Below are positions 60,999 through 64,000 of a DNA stretch of 64,000 nt, piece after piece. The stretch comes from Mobula hypostoma. Lineage: Eukaryota. Within the stretch, counting starts at the first letter, position 1. Every line of letters begins with the position of its first letter. The notes under the pieces were generated by a model, which did not search any database, was not told the origin of the DNA, and worked only from the letters and a program-made list of their open reading frames with translations. The position numbers and the translations under genes are program-made. The stretch spans positions 174,842,001 to 174,906,000 of the forward strand of contig NC_086097.1 of assembly GCF_963921235.1 (NCBI RefSeq). Reading direction: 5' to 3'.

Positions 60999-63800
60999 GT
61001 AGGGTTCTGTCTGTATTTATTTATCTAACTGCTGAAGAATTGCCTACCATCTAGAAGAGGGTCGTAGCAGATCCATCACCCTCTGTGCTCTGCACTTGTC
61101 AGTTGAAAGTCAGGTTGCTATTTATTTGAGTATATGCAAGGAAGTTGCCCAAATTAAAAAATCCAGGGGTGGGTGGGGATTTAGCAATCTCAATCCTGAC
61201 ATGTGGCATGTCTCATATCACTGATAAGTATTTTCTTAACCCATGTTTAACAGTAAGCTATTATTCTTTGACCAATCTGAGAGAAGACCTCTTACCCTGG
61301 TCAGTATCCAATCATAACAAACTGTCTTTCAAACAATCAATGCAGAGAGCATTTGTATATTGAGAGCTATATTTCCTCCACTGTATATTTGTGTTCACAA
61401 GTCCAACATCTCTCCCTGAACTCCTAGATTCCCGGGACGATTATTGTTTTAGGAACAGCCTGTGAACCTCCTAGCGTCTTTTGTATCCGAGGGCTATTCC
61501 ACATTCTACCACACCTGTAATGGTTATGGAGTATGAATTTACATTTTGCTGAAATTTCTAAAAAGAAGATTTGTTCTGTAAATTTACATCAGTTTTTCAT
61601 CCACTGTGCATGGCATCCCAGTAGAGAGTTCTGTCTCTTCCAGTTTTGAATTATGAATATTTCTGATGAGAGGATCCTGGTTAGATGACACAATAATCGA
61701 GAGATAATTAGTTTGGTAAATAATGGCCTAAAAAGGATGGCAGAGGTTTGGTCGGACATTATGACAGAGGAGTTCAAGTCCAAGTTTATTGTTGTCATAT
61801 GTAGGGTGCATACTGGCAGGAGTGTAGAAACCTGCTGTCACCTGCTGGATGGTGGGACATACCCAGAATTAAAGCGTTATACAGCACAAAAATAGGCCCT
61901 TCAGCCCATCGTGTCCATGTCAACCTCCTTACCTACTACACTGCTCCCATTTGCCTGCATTGGGACTGTATCCTTCAATGCCTTGCCTATATAAGCATCT
62001 GTCTAACTGCCTCTTAAGTGTATCTCCCTCCTTTATCAGTTAAACCTCCTGCCTGTGGAGATGCTTTATTTCTTTATTACCCTCGATATCTCTCTCAGAG
62101 CATCCCAAAAGAGCCAGTGAGGTCCATTGAAGTGGGAAATATAGGCCAATATGAAGAGCAAATTAAAATTCATTGTCATGGGCAAATATACCCTGCATAC
62201 AAATGCCATGAAAATTAGCTTTTTACAGCCGCAGCAGCACTGTGCATTACAAGATGAGGACAAGGATATCTTAAATTTAAATTAACATAAATTATATATA
62301 AATTACAGACGTGCAAATTAGTAACAACGCTGGTGCAGGAATTTCTCTCTGCTGGTGTGGTACTGTGACACCACAAAGCACTGCTGCATCGCAGCTCGGG
62401 CTGTGACCCTGATCTCGGCTGCTGTCTGTGAAGAGTTTGTGCATTATCCCTGTGACCCCGTGGGTTTCCCCAGGCGCTACTGTTCTTCCCACAACCCCAA
62501 GGTGTGCCGATAGGTTAACTAACTGCTGTAAGTTGTCCCAGGTGTAGGCCAAGGGCAAGGAGAATCAAAGGGGGAGTTAATGAGCATGTCAGATAAAATA
62601 ATGTGCAGGGGAGGACGAGGAATATTGAGAACTCGGGGCTGAATGGTCTCCTTTTTGTAATAATAAGTAAGCAAGCTGGTCCCTATAAGTTAGTGCATCC
62701 TGGAATATCAGCTGCTGTTTATACTGATCTTATCCCACTGGCGTCTGTACCACTGTGCTAAACACAGGCAAATGGGATTGGCATGGATAGGCACCATGGA
62801 CAAATTGGACCGAAGGGCCTGTTTACATATTGTATAACGCTATGGCTAAATCAAAGCCTCGAGGCTAACAATCAAAAGATCAAATCCTGCCACAGCTTCG
62901 GTAAATTTGGATTTAAATACTTCATCTCAGTAGTAGTGACAATGTAGTAGTAACTAGATTGTCTTGTCATAAAACCCAGAAGCATCTTCCACATCTGCAA
63001 GTCCAGCTTTGTTAACTTGGTGTGGTCTACATCTGACTCCAAGGTGTTTGATTCTTAACTGTCTCAGCCTGCAGTTTGACTCAGTTAAAGTGAAATTAGG
63101 GGTGCTAACAGGGCCAGAGGAGTCTGCATGAACAGATTTTTTAAAGGAGTGCGAAGAAGTATAGTCAGCTCAAACATGCTTTTACTGCTGGTGCTCAGAG
63201 GTAAATTTCAGTGAGGGCAGTTTCAGTGGTTGAGAAGGGAAGCCTCAAGCATGGCAAAATCTGCCTTTAGCTGTAAGTGAATAAATACTTCAGAATAAAC
63301 AAGTTAACAGATACATTAATCAAGGTGCTAGTTTTGATAATGTTTCGAGCGAGTATTAACGAATGTAGTGGAAAGGGATATTCTTGTTGAACCATGGGTC
63401 TGCTGGAACTGGTGGATTACTCTCCAAGAACTCGTAACTGGCAATTATTTTATTATTGCCACATGTACGAAGTACAGTGAAGATTTTCAGCCTAATTTCT
63501 AACAGCCTGAAGTGCAAATATACTATTTGCTGTGTTAATTGCTTTATTGCATCTGTACATTCACATTAATTGGCTTATTAAAGTTACATATGTTGAGATA
63601 CAGTGAAAAGCTTTGTTTGCATGCTATCAGATAGGTTAGTAGTACAAAAGGAAAAGCAGTAACGGAATGCAGAACAGATATCCAGAGTTCTTCTTTATCC
63701 TTCAAAACGGCCATTCAAGAGTCAAATAACTGCAGGAATGAAACTGTTTTTGATGTGTAAGAATATGTTTAGAGATTTTTAAAAATCTGTTTAATTGTAG

Positions 63801-63864
63801 GAGTGATATTTTATCAGGAGTTCTATGGTGCTGCTTTACTCAATATCTTCATGTTCCTGTTTGG
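63801..63864 (+). CDS. NIPAL2: NIPAL2 coding exon (64 nt, phase 1-2): GVIFYQEFYGAALLNIFMFLF(G); the gene continues beyond the window
   Basis: Acceptor ttaattgtag, donor GG|gtaagt. G.IFYQEF.G motif. Too short for the ORF track. Confidence 0.92.
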
Positions 63865-64000
63865 GTAAGTGATGAAGCCAACCAAATGCCTCACTTCTCC
63901 AGTGTGAATTGGGATTTGTGCTGGGGCATAGTTTATGGGTGACTTACCCGCCCCCCCCTGCCCCCGTATCATGGAGGGGTTGTGTTCCCATCTAACACAA

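Overview
Eukaryotic, repeat-dense genomic DNA from a vertebrate. The repeat families (CR1/HER1-like LINEs, HE1/V-SINE-like SINEs, Rex1/Babar LINEs, Penelope-like elements) suggest a cartilaginous fish, probably a ray; this is inference. The window holds eight consecutive + strand coding exons (13151-63864, 809 nt, all GT-AG, phases compatible) of a NIPA-family Mg2+ transporter gene best matching NIPAL2. The first and last exons lie outside or at the edge of the window. Most of the remainder is transposable-element remnants, often nested: CR1 LINEs, Rex1/Babar LINEs, Tc1, Tigger/pogo, hAT, a class I-like endogenous retrovirus integrase remnant and a probable solo LTR. Three observations stand out. 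(1) A Neptune-type Penelope-like retroelement (RT + GIY-YIG) has ~600-bp inverted ends, each carrying a minimal hammerhead-ribozyme motif; further copies of the motif are dispersed through the introns and show pairing-preserving variation in helix II. (2) A perfect 22-bp tandem duplication copies the 5' splice site of a NIPAL2 exon. (3) A compound TIR element has a duplicated right end and a CpG-rich microsatellite cargo. Nearly all listed six-frame ORFs are TE fragments or spurious. TE boundaries are approximate unless TSDs or TIRs are given, and family names come from recalled motifs, not database searches.
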